DNA of 36,776 nt from a virus (IMGVR_UViG_2737471842_000006:1-36776); one strand, 5' to 3'. Shown: positions 1 to 7,569, counted from the first letter of the stretch. Notes: a model not told the origin generated them from the letters alone. A program made the numbers and translations.

Positions 1-192
1 TCAGGAGCATTTCTGATTAACGCCACCGTTAAGAATCCACCCTTCAACAGCTTCACGAAGGTATGATTTGGGGTGGGTTCTGACTGGCTTCGGAAATCCG
101 TGCCGTTTGGTATAGTTCCAGATTGTCTGACGTGATGAAACACCGAGCTTGTTCATCACTTCTTTCTCAGGAATCAGGCTGGTATCGGTCAT
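1..192 (-). CDS. xis: AlpA/Xis-family small DNA-binding protein (putative excisionase); ORF runs off the window start, so C-terminus is missing
   Basis: Translation MTDTSLIPEKEVMNKLGVSSRQTIWNYTKRHGFPKPV resembles AlpA/excisionase helix-turn-helix proteins; sits at the far end of the leftward early operon where xis belongs; no stop codon before position 1. Confidence 0.5.
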   Translation of the reverse strand: MTDTSLIPEKEVMNKLGVSSRQTIWNYTKRHGFPKPVRTHPKSYLREAVEGWILNGGVNQKCS

Positions 193-269
193 CTTAATTC
201 TCCAGGCAAAAAGAAACCGCCATATAGCGGCTCTATCAGATATGTACAGGCCTCATCGAGTGTGAGGCG

Positions 270-614
270 TTAGTCCCTGCGTAGCTCGCTGATTCTTCTG
301 TAAGTCTCTGGTGCTTTGTTTCCGTGTATCTTCATTTCAGACTTCAACAGAGCAACGAGAGAATCCCATTCGTTGAGGATGCCTTTGAATGCCGGAACGC
401 GCTTTGCAACCTTGTCGAATGAATCTCTGATTTCTGGAATCTGCTCAACAAGTGCAACGCATCGCCGAAAGTCTGCTGCGTCATGTGGAGCGCCGAAGTG
501 ATGACCATAGATATTCTTTTTCAGGCCACATGCGATTGAGGCAAGAGTTGCGCTACTGATGCCGACATCGCCAGTTGATTGCCATTTCAAAACCTTCATA
601 GCCAAATCTGACAT
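270..614 (-). CDS. hypothetical early-left (ea region) protein, about 114 aa
   Basis: ORF 270..641; internal ATG at 614 is preceded by GGAG at 7 nt spacing (MSDLAMKVLKWQ...); no family recognised. Confidence 0.45.
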   Translation of the reverse strand: MSDLAMKVLKWQSTGDVGISSATLASIACGLKKNIYGHHFGAPHDAADFRRCVALVEQIPEIRDSFDKVAKRVPAFKGILNEWDSLVALLKSEMKIHGNKAPETYRRISELRRD

Positions 615-626
615 TTCTTGTCTCCA

Positions 627-652
627 ATAAAAAACCGCCATCAGGCGGCTTG
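627..652 (-). terminator. putative rho-independent terminator (minus strand)
   Basis: Minus-strand reading gives stem CCGCC/GGCGG with 4-nt loop followed by a T-run; lies between the Zn-ribbon gene and the next ea gene. Confidence 0.3.
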
Positions 653-714
653 GTGTTCTTTCAGTTCTTCAATTCGAATATTGGTTACATTGTTTTCATA
701 TATGAATAAATAAA

Positions 715-894
715 TTAGCTTTTTTCGTTGCCTTCGCGTTCTTTATTAATTTTGACAAAATCGTTTTTACCACGCTCTCCAAATGCGTCTTTAGAGTCGT
801 TGTATCCGCAATCGCAGCACACATAATCATCAGACCATCCACGCATTGTTTTTTCTTTTGCAATATTTCCAGAACCGCATTTTGGACAAGACAT
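715..894 (-). CDS. small zinc-ribbon protein (CPKC...CCDC), about 59 aa
   Basis: ORF 715..927; ATG at 894 preceded by GGAGG at 7 nt spacing; two Cys pairs MSCPKCGSG...YVCCDCGY. Confidence 0.45.
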   Translation of the reverse strand: MSCPKCGSGNIAKEKTMRGWSDDYVCCDCGYNDSKDAFGERGKNDFVKINKEREGNEKS

Positions 895-990
895 ATCACT
901 ACCTCCAAAGCATGAGTGAGATGACAACGTAACATTGATTGGAGATTAACAATAGATTGCTGATGTAAAAGATATGTATAAGCTTCGCTT

Positions 991-1542
991 TCAAAGTGGA
1001 GGCTCTGGTAGCGGCATCCAGTGGGTTACATTGCTAATCAGACCATATTCATTAGTTTGAGGATGGTTGCCGCTATCGTCTCCGTATTTAAGACTCTCCA
1101 TAAAGCCATAATGCCTATCCCCATTAACGCTCACAAAGCCGTAATAAGCTGATATAACGCCGATCTCACACGTAACCAGTAAAGGAAAACTAGTTCTCCA
1201 ATTTAGCTCGCCAATTACAGGCATTCGATCACTACAGCTTATCCAACCATCCGGAGTTACCGGCACTGGCTTGGCGGTATAAAGCGGTGTTATATCTGCC
1301 CGAAAATTACATGCTTTATGCAGCCGCACCCACCGTTCGACTTCTGCTTTGTCAGAATACATACCAGTGAACGTGTTATATTCACGGTCAATTTGCGTGA
1401 AGGTTACCTTCCACGCCACCGGCTCTGCTTCCAGCGATGCCAGCGCAATCCGTGCCAGTTCCATTTGTTCACCACGGGTAAGCCCGTTTTCAAGCGGGGA
1501 TTTAATGAACAATTCGATACGTTCTTTAGTGATAGTGCTCAT
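991..1542 (-). CDS. DUF551-type phage protein
   Basis: 183-aa ORF; C-terminal HWMPLPEPP motif typical of DUF551 phage proteins; AAGGAG RBS upstream of ATG at 1542. Confidence 0.6.
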   Translation of the reverse strand: MSTITKERIELFIKSPLENGLTRGEQMELARIALASLEAEPVAWKVTFTQIDREYNTFTGMYSDKAEVERWVRLHKACNFRADITPLYTAKPVPVTPDGWISCSDRMPVIGELNWRTSFPLLVTCEIGVISAYYGFVSVNGDRHYGFMESLKYGDDSGNHPQTNEYGLISNVTHWMPLPEPPL

Positions 1543-1543
1543 A

Positions 1544-2044
1544 TCACTCTCCTTTGATGCGAATGCCAGCGGCGCGGATTGCAGCGATGACTTCAGAAAC
1601 TTTGTATGCCATTACCGTTTGGTAATCATCGTGAAAATCTGTTCGATGAAGCATGCTGCTACGTTCTGGGAGTGATATTTCCCGTGCTTCTAGTTCTGCA
1701 ATGCGCTTCTCTGCGGCTTCCAGCTCAACGCGCAGCCTCCCAACCGTAAGTGCAATATCCTCGTTCTCCTGGTCGCGGCGTTTTATGTATTGCTGGTTTC
1801 TTTCCCGTTCATCCAGCAGTGCCTGCACTACTTCAGGGTTGAAAGCTGCGATATAACGAGCGTTGTTCTCTGCGTTTTTCTGTTCGTCGAATCCTGGCCA
1901 GTCGACAATATCTCCGTGATGATTATCACCTAGTGTGTGTACGGCGTACGTGCCGTATTTGCCCGGCGAAATAAATGCGACCCATTCACCCTGTGTTGCC
2001 TGCTTTGCTAACTCACGCAGTGCCTGATGGTCAATCTTGCTCAC
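1544..2044 (-). CDS. Ead/Ea22-like protein
   Basis: 166-aa ORF; N-terminal GEWVAF...NARYIAAFNPEVVQALLD domain plus C-terminal coiled coil as in Ea22-like proteins; GTG start preceded by AGGAGG and overlapping the upstream stop (GTGA). Confidence 0.6.
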   Translation of the reverse strand: MSKIDHQALRELAKQATQGEWVAFISPGKYGTYAVHTLGDNHHGDIVDWPGFDEQKNAENNARYIAAFNPEVVQALLDERERNQQYIKRRDQENEDIALTVGRLRVELEAAEKRIAELEAREISLPERSSMLHRTDFHDDYQTVMAYKVSEVIAAIRAAGIRIKGE

Positions 2045-2490
2045 TGGTTGCCTCCTTTGCGAAGCTCTGCGGCGAACTCGTTAAGTGATATGTAGCAATC
2101 TCCAAATGTTAACGAACCGCTCGACTGCATATGCTCCATAGCCATCTCCACGCCCTGCGCCCGTACTTCAACCAGGAATGCGTCGGTGGCTGGGGTTTCA
2201 GTAACATCATCTTCCCATTCGCTAAACTCCTCACGACAAAAGTCATTAAATTCCTTCTCAGATTGCTTAAGCGAGGTATTTTCAGCAGCCATCTTCGTGC
2301 ATTTAGCCTCAAGGTTATCAATCGTGATTCCAGCAGAACGACACTCCCGCAACGCCGTTTCCAGTTTTGATTCAAGTTCACCGAACTTACGGACAAGATA
2401 TTCAGCGTTTGTTTCGTTAACCTTTAAATCTCGTGGGATGCATTGACCTTTCAGAAATCCATCCATCTCAATTAGTGACATTTGTTTCAT
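2041..2490 (-). CDS. hypothetical coiled-coil protein
   Basis: 149-aa ORF translationally coupled to neighbours (ATGA overlap at 2487-2490, TGA/GTG overlap at 2041-2044); no family recognised. Confidence 0.5.
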   Translation of the reverse strand: MKQMSLIEMDGFLKGQCIPRDLKVNETNAEYLVRKFGELESKLETALRECRSAGITIDNLEAKCTKMAAENTSLKQSEKEFNDFCREEFSEWEDDVTETPATDAFLVEVRAQGVEMAMEHMQSSGSLTFGDCYISLNEFAAELRKGGNQ

Positions 2491-2651
2491 TTCTTCCCAC
2501 TCCGCAACATCGCATTCAGATATTTGTTTTGATTTACTGACAGAAAAGAATTTCTCTTAAGCAATTCCTCTCTCGATGGCATTGGCTTTACGCGTTGGCG
2601 AATAATCATTTCTGCCGGAAGAATGCCGGGATTGTATGCAAGTCCTCTCAT
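2487..2651 (-). CDS. possible small ORF (about 54 aa) in the ea operon
   Basis: In-frame ATG preceded by GAGGAA at about 6 nt; stop overlaps the next start (ATGA); fills a gap in an otherwise tightly packed operon. Confidence 0.3.
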   Translation of the reverse strand: MRGLAYNPGILPAEMIIRQRVKPMPSREELLKRNSFLSVNQNKYLNAMLRSGKK

Positions 2652-2661
2652 GGTAAATTCC

Positions 2662-2955
2662 TCAGTCATTACTGATAGCGCCATAACGTGAGCGGTAATT
2701 ACGCAGGCGCGGGTCAATTTCAGGGAAGTGGGTATATGTGGCTTTGCGGAATGGTCGGATTGATGTCTGGTAAATTCGCTCGCGTTCTTCTTTCTCTGCA
2801 AGCCATATACAGTGGCGAAATTCCTTTTCCTCTTTCGTTTCCTGCGGTAGAGACATTATCCGGTCGTAGTTTTTTCTGAATTTATCCAGCACCTCCGATA
2901 CGGAATTGCCGGAACAGCGGCGCACGTCGTCCGCACCATACAGAGGCGCTGGCAT
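2662..2955 (-). CDS. hypothetical protein, 97 aa
   Basis: ORF with AAGGA RBS 7 nt upstream of ATG at 2955; downstream of erf/ssb where P22 carries abc genes, but no similarity to them could be confirmed from memory. Confidence 0.5.
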   Translation of the reverse strand: MPAPLYGADDVRRCSGNSVSEVLDKFRKNYDRIMSLPQETKEEKEFRHCIWLAEKEERERIYQTSIRPFRKATYTHFPEIDPRLRNYRSRYGAISND

Positions 2956-2978
2956 AATTAAATCCTTATTGTTCTAAA

Positions 2979-3362
2979 TCAGAATGGGATGGAATCGTCG
3001 TATACAGGAGTGTTCTGCTGGTTACTACTTTGCCGCTGCGGGCCATTTCCTGAAGCTGCAAATCCAATCTTTGCATTCAGTAATTCAAGAGTGATTGATT
3101 GACCATTTTGCCCCTGATAAACATCAACCCTGATGTTTTCTCCGGTAATTTCCACAATTCCACCTTCAACAAGAACACTACGGTAGTAATCCGCTTGCGC
3201 TCCCGGCTTGGCAAATACAACGGCGCTGTAGTTTGTCCATTCTTTCTTTTTTGTCTGGCGATCGTAATACTGAACGCCAGCACGGATGTTGAATCCGATA
3301 TTTTCCCCGGCCTGAAACTCTCTTGCGGGCTTGTTTAGTCTTACAGTAATCGAATGTGCCAT
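2979..3362 (-). CDS. phage single-stranded DNA-binding protein (Ea10-like), 127 aa
   Basis: MAHSITVRL... ends in a Gly/Gln-rich linker and the acidic tip DDSIPF, the hallmark SSB C-terminal motif; start ATG overlaps the erf stop (TAATG). Confidence 0.6.
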   Translation of the reverse strand: MAHSITVRLNKPAREFQAGENIGFNIRAGVQYYDRQTKKKEWTNYSAVVFAKPGAQADYYRSVLVEGGIVEITGENIRVDVYQGQNGQSITLELLNAKIGFAASGNGPQRQSSNQQNTPVYDDSIPF

Positions 3363-3967
3363 TAAGCAGCCGCTCCTTCTAATTCGTCTCGTCTGATGTT
3401 GTAAACGTCCTGCGCTTTGTGCTGCTCCGGTGTGCCTTCGAGCATCTTCCACGCTTTGGCGAACGCCTGTTTAAGCTCTTCTACGGTGTTTTTCTGCATT
3501 GCTGCGTCAGTGAATGCTTTTAGAACCTGTTCAGGTGTAGGTGATGGTTTTGATTGCTTTGCTGCTGCGTTCTGCTGATGTTTATGCTCGTCGGTATCTG
3601 CATCTTTCGCATCATCAATGCCGAACAAACCATTTAGGCAATACTTGCGCGCATAAGAACTTGTAGCTCCAGTAACTTGTGCAGAATCCATTCCTTTCTT
3701 GCTTTCTTCCTCTCGTGCAAGAGCGGTTGCCGTATGACTGTTTTCGCCATCGGTAATAGTTGCCGTAGCTTTCACGTAATACCGATCACCAATCAACACA
3801 ACTTCATCGCTGATTGATAAAAACAGGCCATTCAGTAACGGCTTAACGCCTTCAAGAATGTCTTCGCAGCTTCTGTATTTATATTTGCCGAATGAGTTGT
3901 ACTGATTCTTTGGCGCGTTCAGATTCTCCTGAATAGCTGCCAGTCTTGCGTAAAATTCTTTGCTCAT
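3362..3967 (-). CDS. erf: Erf single-strand annealing recombinase
   Basis: Translation from MSKEFYARLAAIQENLNAPKNQYNSFGKYKYRSCEDILEGVKPLL closely matches remembered P22 Erf; about 200 aa from the ATG at 3967. Confidence 0.85.
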   Translation of the reverse strand: MSKEFYARLAAIQENLNAPKNQYNSFGKYKYRSCEDILEGVKPLLNGLFLSISDEVVLIGDRYYVKATATITDGENSHTATALAREEESKKGMDSAQVTGATSSYARKYCLNGLFGIDDAKDADTDEHKHQQNAAAKQSKPSPTPEQVLKAFTDAAMQKNTVEELKQAFAKAWKMLEGTPEQHKAQDVYNIRRDELEGAAA

Positions 3968-4068
3968 ATGATTGTTCTCAGAATGGACACGGCCCAAGGA
4001 AATAACGCTGATTTAATACTTCGACTCGGGACAAATTAAGGCATACCCGCATTCCTTCGCGGTCGCCA

Positions 4069-4227
4069 TTATGGCGATACCAGAGAGCTTTCTGCGTGTA
4101 CATGCGTCTCTGTAACTTGCTCTCCTTCACTGTGGTTGCAAGTGACATGAATATCTCCTTCGTTACCGATTAATTCTTTCATCTGACGAATGAATTCTTC
4201 GTCTGACCAGTTATCTGTAAAACTCAT
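4069..4227 (-). CDS. small ORF in the arf position (about 52 aa); an alternative overlapping frame 3978..4148 is equally possible
   Basis: ATG overlaps the kil stop (ATGA); the alternative frame has GGAG at 7 nt spacing; neither was in the ORF track (<60 aa). Confidence 0.25.
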   Translation of the reverse strand: MSFTDNWSDEEFIRQMKELIGNEGDIHVTCNHSEGEQVTETHVHAESSLVSP

Positions 4228-4376
4228 TTCCTGCGATACCACGGAAGGTTGATAGCTGATTTCATCGCTTTATTTGCTTCAAGCCACATTTTTGAATCAC
4301 CAATAAATCTGGCTATTACTGCTTTGTTCTGTGCAGCACGAAGCATCTGGTGATTAATGGCTATTTCATTGCGCAT
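4224..4376 (-). CDS. kil: Kil-like host cell-division inhibitor, 50 aa
   Basis: Hand translation MRNEIAINHQMLRAAQNKAVIARFIGDSKMWLEANKAMKSAINLPWYRRK; the IARFIGDSKMW segment resembles lambda Kil (IATFIGDEKMF); GGAGG RBS; directly downstream of cIII-like gene. Confidence 0.55.
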   Translation of the reverse strand: MRNEIAINHQMLRAAQNKAVIARFIGDSKMWLEANKAMKSAINLPWYRRK

Positions 4377-4495
4377 AACGCCTCCAGTTGTTTCTTTGCT
4401 GCTCTGATTAATTGTTTAACTCGGCGTGATAATTCAGATTCGTGCGGGTAGAAAGCGGACATGACGCCGCTACCCGCGAGCTGAAAGTGCATCAT
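4361..4495 (-). CDS. c3: cIII-like regulator (P22 c3-like), about 44 aa
   Basis: MMHFQLAGSGVMSAFYPHESELSRRVKQLIRAAKKQLEALCAMK preceded by AAGGAG; position between N region and kil. Confidence 0.5.
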   Translation of the reverse strand: MMHFQLAGSGVMSAFYPHESELSRRVKQLIRAAKKQLEALCAMK

Positions 4496-4578
4496 GGGTA
4501 ACTCCTTATATTTGATTGCATAACGAAAATGCCTCTCGTGAAGCATTATTGGTATGCGGTAAAGCCGCGCTCAGGCGG

Positions 4579-4827
4579 CTACTCTATTTCTTCTTCGAAT
4601 GATTTTATTAGTCGGTCAATAACATCATCCGTTTCAATATCATTTCCGTCTGATTGCTTTAATACATCTATTGATTCTGCAGCGGTAAATTCCATCGCTG
4701 TGAGAAACTCGACAATTGTACACTCAACGACATATCGTTCTTCATCTGTACGACATGAGATAAAAGAGCATTTAATTGCTGTTATTACTTTTTGTTTAAG
4801 CTCTGCAGGGTAATCAGTTTTTATCAT
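4579..4827 (-). CDS. hypothetical acidic protein, 82 aa
   Basis: ORF with GGAG RBS 6 nt upstream of ATG at 4827; first gene after the tL1-like terminator. Confidence 0.5.
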   Translation of the reverse strand: MIKTDYPAELKQKVITAIKCSFISCRTDEERYVVECTIVEFLTAMEFTAAESIDVLKQSDGNDIETDDVIDRLIKSFEEEIE

Positions 4828-4840
4828 CGTTTACTCCGTC

Positions 4841-4869
4841 AAAAAAAACTGCCCTCACATTGGAGGGCA
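4841..4869 (-). terminator. rho-independent terminator (tL1-like) on the leftward transcript
   Basis: Minus-strand stem GCCCTC/GAGGGC with 6-nt loop followed by eight T; lies downstream of N. Confidence 0.5.
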
Positions 4870-5082
4870 AAGAAGATTTCCAATAATCAGAACAAGTCGG
4901 CTCCTGTTTAGTTACGAGCGACATTGCTCAGTGTATTCACTCGTTGGAATGAATACACAGTGCAGTGTTTATTAGTATGCCTGTCTTTTAACCACATCAG
5001 GCTCGGTGGTTCTCGTGTACCCCTACAGCGAGAAATCGGATAAACTCTATTCACCCCTACAGAGAGCAAAAGAGAAACGCCG

Positions 5083-5664
5083 ATGAACAACTCATGGTGG
5101 CAGGAACTAATGCATTTTTTCCTGCAAGGAATGACACTTAAACAGTTGATTCATATGCTAATCATCCTAATCATATTGATTATTGTTATGCCTGTAAGCG
5201 TAAAAGAATGGATAAACCTGCATAATCCAGAAATCCTTCCTCATTACTGGATGTATTACATCCTGTTGTTTTGCGTTAGCTATGTGCTTAACGGCGTTGT
5301 TAATTCCGCTTATCACGCTGTGACTGAAAGAATTGAGATATTCGCTGCTCAGAAGCGCAAATCTAAAGAAGAGAAATACGTGCAAGATTTGTTTGATTCG
5401 TTAACTCTTGGAGAAAGAGCGTATTTGGCATTCGCTGTAGCCGCTAATAACCAGCTAAAGACAGAAAAGGGAAGCCCTGAAGCAATCTCATTGCTCGAAA
5501 AAGGGCTTCTTATTCGGGTACCTTCTGCTACTGGATATCCTGAAATCGACCGTTTTGTTATCCCGGAACGCTATAGAAATGAGTGCTACATTAGGTTTGC
5601 TGGGAAGAAAGACAGTCTTATGGATGAACTTATCGCTCAGGATAAGCATGGCAAAAACAAGTAA
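5083..5664 (+). CDS. sieB: SieB-like superinfection exclusion / abortive infection membrane protein
   Basis: 193-aa ORF with two strongly hydrophobic N-terminal segments (LIHMLIILIILIIVMPV; YILLFCVSYVLNGVV); matches my memory of P22 SieB; AT-rich; opposite strand to the pL operon. Confidence 0.6.
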   Translation: MNNSWWQELMHFFLQGMTLKQLIHMLIILIILIIVMPVSVKEWINLHNPEILPHYWMYYILLFCVSYVLNGVVNSAYHAVTERIEIFAAQKRKSKEEKYVQDLFDSLTLGERAYLAFAVAANNQLKTEKGSPEAISLLEKGLLIRVPSATGYPEIDRFVIPERYRNECYIRFAGKKDSLMDELIAQDKHGKNK

Positions 5665-5680
5665 TTAGCAAATTAATTTA

Positions 5681-5953
5681 TCATCTCGCCGTCAGTTGTT
5701 TTGATTTCCGGTAGCCTGCCGCGTAAATGGCTACGTTTGGCAGGCAAATACTTCCACTGCATTCATCTGCCTTCTTGCAGCGAAGGCTTCCGAGTGATGC
5801 TGCTTTGTCTGCTCTGACGCAACCAGAGAGCTTTAGCGCAATTTTTCGCGCCAGTCGCTGTTCTTGCATTGCCTGCTCACGTTGAGCCTGTCTGCGTGCT
5901 CTGCGGCGATTTCTGGCGTTATCGTCAGCCAGATATGTAATGACTACTGCCAT
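5681..5953 (-). CDS. 24: N-like transcription antiterminator (P22 gene 24 family)
   Basis: N-terminal arginine-rich motif DNARNRRRARRQAQREQ and C-terminal YAAGYRKSKQLTAR like P22 gp24; GGAGG RBS; sits between nutL and tL1. Confidence 0.75.
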   Translation of the reverse strand: MAVVITYLADDNARNRRRARRQAQREQAMQEQRLARKIALKLSGCVRADKAASLGSLRCKKADECSGSICLPNVAIYAAGYRKSKQLTAR

Positions 5954-6058
5954 GTTGACCTCCGATGATTGACTTTGGCGGTGACGCGCCGGGTGCTTAT
6001 CTTCCGGTTGCCGTCGTGCAGCTGCATTTCACGTCACCCCAAAGCCAACTACTCTTTG

Positions 6059-6103
6059 GTTCCCGCATTTCGGCGGGACAATCCCATCAATGTTAAAGAG
6101 CCT
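6059..6103 (-). promoter_or_regulatory. nutL (boxA GCTCTTTAACA plus boxB hairpin)
   Basis: Minus-strand boxA-like GCTCTTTAACA followed by stem-loop TCCCGC-CGAAAT-GCGGGA; the same boxB recurs in nutR. Confidence 0.5.
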
Positions 6104-6124
6104 GCCAATCTGTTCCGTTTGGCT

Positions 6125-6240
6125 ACCAGCGTCCTGCCGATGACTTAAATTTAAGATTTCTTTAACTATTGGTCAAGAGCGTTTTTGAAGAAAACTTAAA
6201 TTTTGTTGCGAAGCTTAAGTTTTGCTTTGATTTTTAAAGG
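6125..6240 (-). promoter_or_regulatory. OL operators and pL promoter
   Basis: Repeated TTAAG...CTTAA operator half-sites; minus-strand TTGACC, 17 nt, TAAATT. Confidence 0.45.
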
Positions 6241-6268
6241 AAAGAAAAAAAGGGGCGAATGCCCCTTA
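6237..6268 (-). terminator. rho-independent terminator at the 3' end of c2
   Basis: Stem AGGGGC/GCCCCT with 4-nt loop followed on the minus strand by a long T-rich run; overlaps the c2 stop codon. Confidence 0.45.
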
Positions 6269-6916
6269 TGGAAGGTTTGCTATTTTTGCATCGACAACTA
6301 CACCGATGATTTTGCAGTTCCCGTTGATCTCAATCATCGGATATTGTGGGTTAAGTGGTTTTAGAAACCTTCTGCCAGCATCAATAACTAACTTCTTGAA
6401 AGTTGCCTCGTTTTCTCCTTCGAGCTTTGCCACTACCAGCTTCCCATTACGAGGTTCTACTTCAGGATCGACTAGTATTATCATCCCTTCCGGGATGCTA
6501 AGACCGGCTGGAGCCGTCATCGAATCACCCTTTACGTCCAGCCAAAACGAATCTTCTGAACAATCTACGGTTGTATCGTACCAGTTATCTATTGCACGCT
6601 TATGATATGGCTCTACAGCTTCCATCCAACATCCTGCGCTTACCCAACTAATTAGAGGATACGAACCTCTTGGATCATGCCTGCTGTGATAGGCAATGTT
6701 TGAAAGACTATCTTCTCCTTTCAACAAGTAATCAGGGGAGCACTGTAAAGCCTTGGCTAAAGCCAATAGGTTTTCGCCATTGGGCTCAGTTTCAGAACGC
6801 TCCCATTGGGAAATAGCAACATTAGACACGCCAACCATCTTGCCAAGGGCAGCCTGCCTAATCTTAAGTTCTTTTCTGCGAGCGCGAATACGCTCACCCA
6901 TCAGTTGTGTATTCAT
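6266..6916 (-). CDS. c2: c2 repressor (P22 CI-type, LexA-like autocleaving)
   Basis: 216-aa translation MNTQLMGERIRARRKELKIRQAALGKMVGVSNVAISQWERSE... is near-identical to remembered P22 C2 along its length. Confidence 0.9.
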   Translation of the reverse strand: MNTQLMGERIRARRKELKIRQAALGKMVGVSNVAISQWERSETEPNGENLLALAKALQCSPDYLLKGEDSLSNIAYHSRHDPRGSYPLISWVSAGCWMEAVEPYHKRAIDNWYDTTVDCSEDSFWLDVKGDSMTAPAGLSIPEGMIILVDPEVEPRNGKLVVAKLEGENEATFKKLVIDAGRRFLKPLNPQYPMIEINGNCKIIGVVVDAKIANLP

Positions 6917-6996
6917 AGTTAAGACATCTTAAATAAACTTGACTTAAGATTCCTTTGATAGATAATTTAAGTGTTCTTTAATTTCGGAGCGAGTCT
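6917..6996. promoter_or_regulatory. OR1-OR3 operators with divergent PRM and PR
   Basis: Three P22-type 18-bp operators (AGTTAAGACATCTTAAAT; ACTTAAGATTCCTTTGAT; ATTTAAGTGTTCTTTAAT); PR -35 TTGACT at 6939 and -10 GATAAT at 6961. Confidence 0.6.
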
Positions 6997-7182
6997 ATGT
7001 ACAAGAAAGATGTTATCGACCACTTCGGAACCCAGCGTGCGGTAGCTAAAGCGTTAGGCATTAGCGATGCAGCAGTCTCTCAGTGGAAGGAAGTCATCCC
7101 AGAGAAAGACGCCTATCGACTGGAAGTCGTTACAGCTGGCGCCCTGAAGTATCAAGAAAGTGCTTATCGCAAAGCGGCATAA
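6997..7182 (+). CDS. cro: Cro repressor
   Basis: 61-aa MYKKDVIDHFGTQRAVAKALGISDAAVSQWKEVIPEKDAYRLEVVTAGALKYQESAYRKAA matches remembered P22 Cro; GGAG RBS. Confidence 0.85.
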   Translation: MYKKDVIDHFGTQRAVAKALGISDAAVSQWKEVIPEKDAYRLEVVTAGALKYQESAYRKAA

Positions 7183-7188
7183 GCAAAT

Positions 7189-7233
7189 TGCTCTTTAACA
7201 GTCATGGTCCTTATTCCCGCCGAAATGCGGGAA
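7189..7233 (+). promoter_or_regulatory. nutR (boxA TGCTCTTTAACA plus boxB hairpin)
   Basis: boxA at 7189-7200; boxB stem-loop TTCCCGC-CGAAAT-GCGGGAA at 7214-7233. Confidence 0.55.
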
Positions 7234-7290
7234 TACAACGCGCATCAGTTGGTGCGTATAACTTCTTATTTGTTAAGGAAATACTTACAT

Positions 7291-7569
7291 ATGCAACTTA
7301 CAAGTACTCGCAAGAAAGCGAATGCAATTACAAGCAACATCCTGAATCGAATTGCTGTACGTGGTCAGCGAAAGGTTGCTGATGCATTAGGGATCAATGA
7401 ATCGCAAATTTCGCGATGGAAAGACAGCTTTATCCCAAAGATGGCCATGCTTCTGGCTGTGCTGGAGTGGGGTGTTGAAGACGAGGAATTAGCGGAGCTG
7501 GCAAAGAAAGTAGCCATGGTGCTGACAAAAGAAAAGCCTCAAGACTGCGGCAACAGTTTTGAGGCCTGA
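7291..7569 (+). CDS. c1: c1 (cII-like) transcriptional activator
   Basis: 92 aa from ATG 7291, MQLTSTRKKANAITSNILNRIAVRGQRKVADALGINESQISRWK..., matching remembered P22 C1; the ORF-track start at 7204 would overlap nutR and is rejected. Confidence 0.8.
   Translation: MQLTSTRKKANAITSNILNRIAVRGQRKVADALGINESQISRWKDSFIPKMAMLLAVLEWGVEDEELAELAKKVAMVLTKEKPQDCGNSFEA

Noticed and set aside
207-236. Possible terminator hairpin between xis and the first ea gene
   Set aside because: Only a 4-bp stem could be paired by eye and the flanking T-run is weak; too marginal to call.
3362-3997. Longer Erf ORF starting at 3997 (track start, MGRVHSENNH...)
   Set aside because: The codon at 3995-3997 is TTG without an RBS, and the extension overlaps the upstream small ORF; the ATG at 3967 gives the expected Erf N-terminus MSKEFYA.
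4908-5090. 60-aa minus-strand ORF upstream of sieB
   Set aside because: Lies in the sieB leader across the inverted-repeat element, with no RBS; more likely non-coding regulatory sequence.
7083-7569. ORF-track starts at 7083 and 7204 that would extend coding sequence across nutR
   Set aside because: The extensions overlap the boxA/boxB elements and lack an RBS; the ATG at 7291 has an RBS and gives a product of the expected C1 size.
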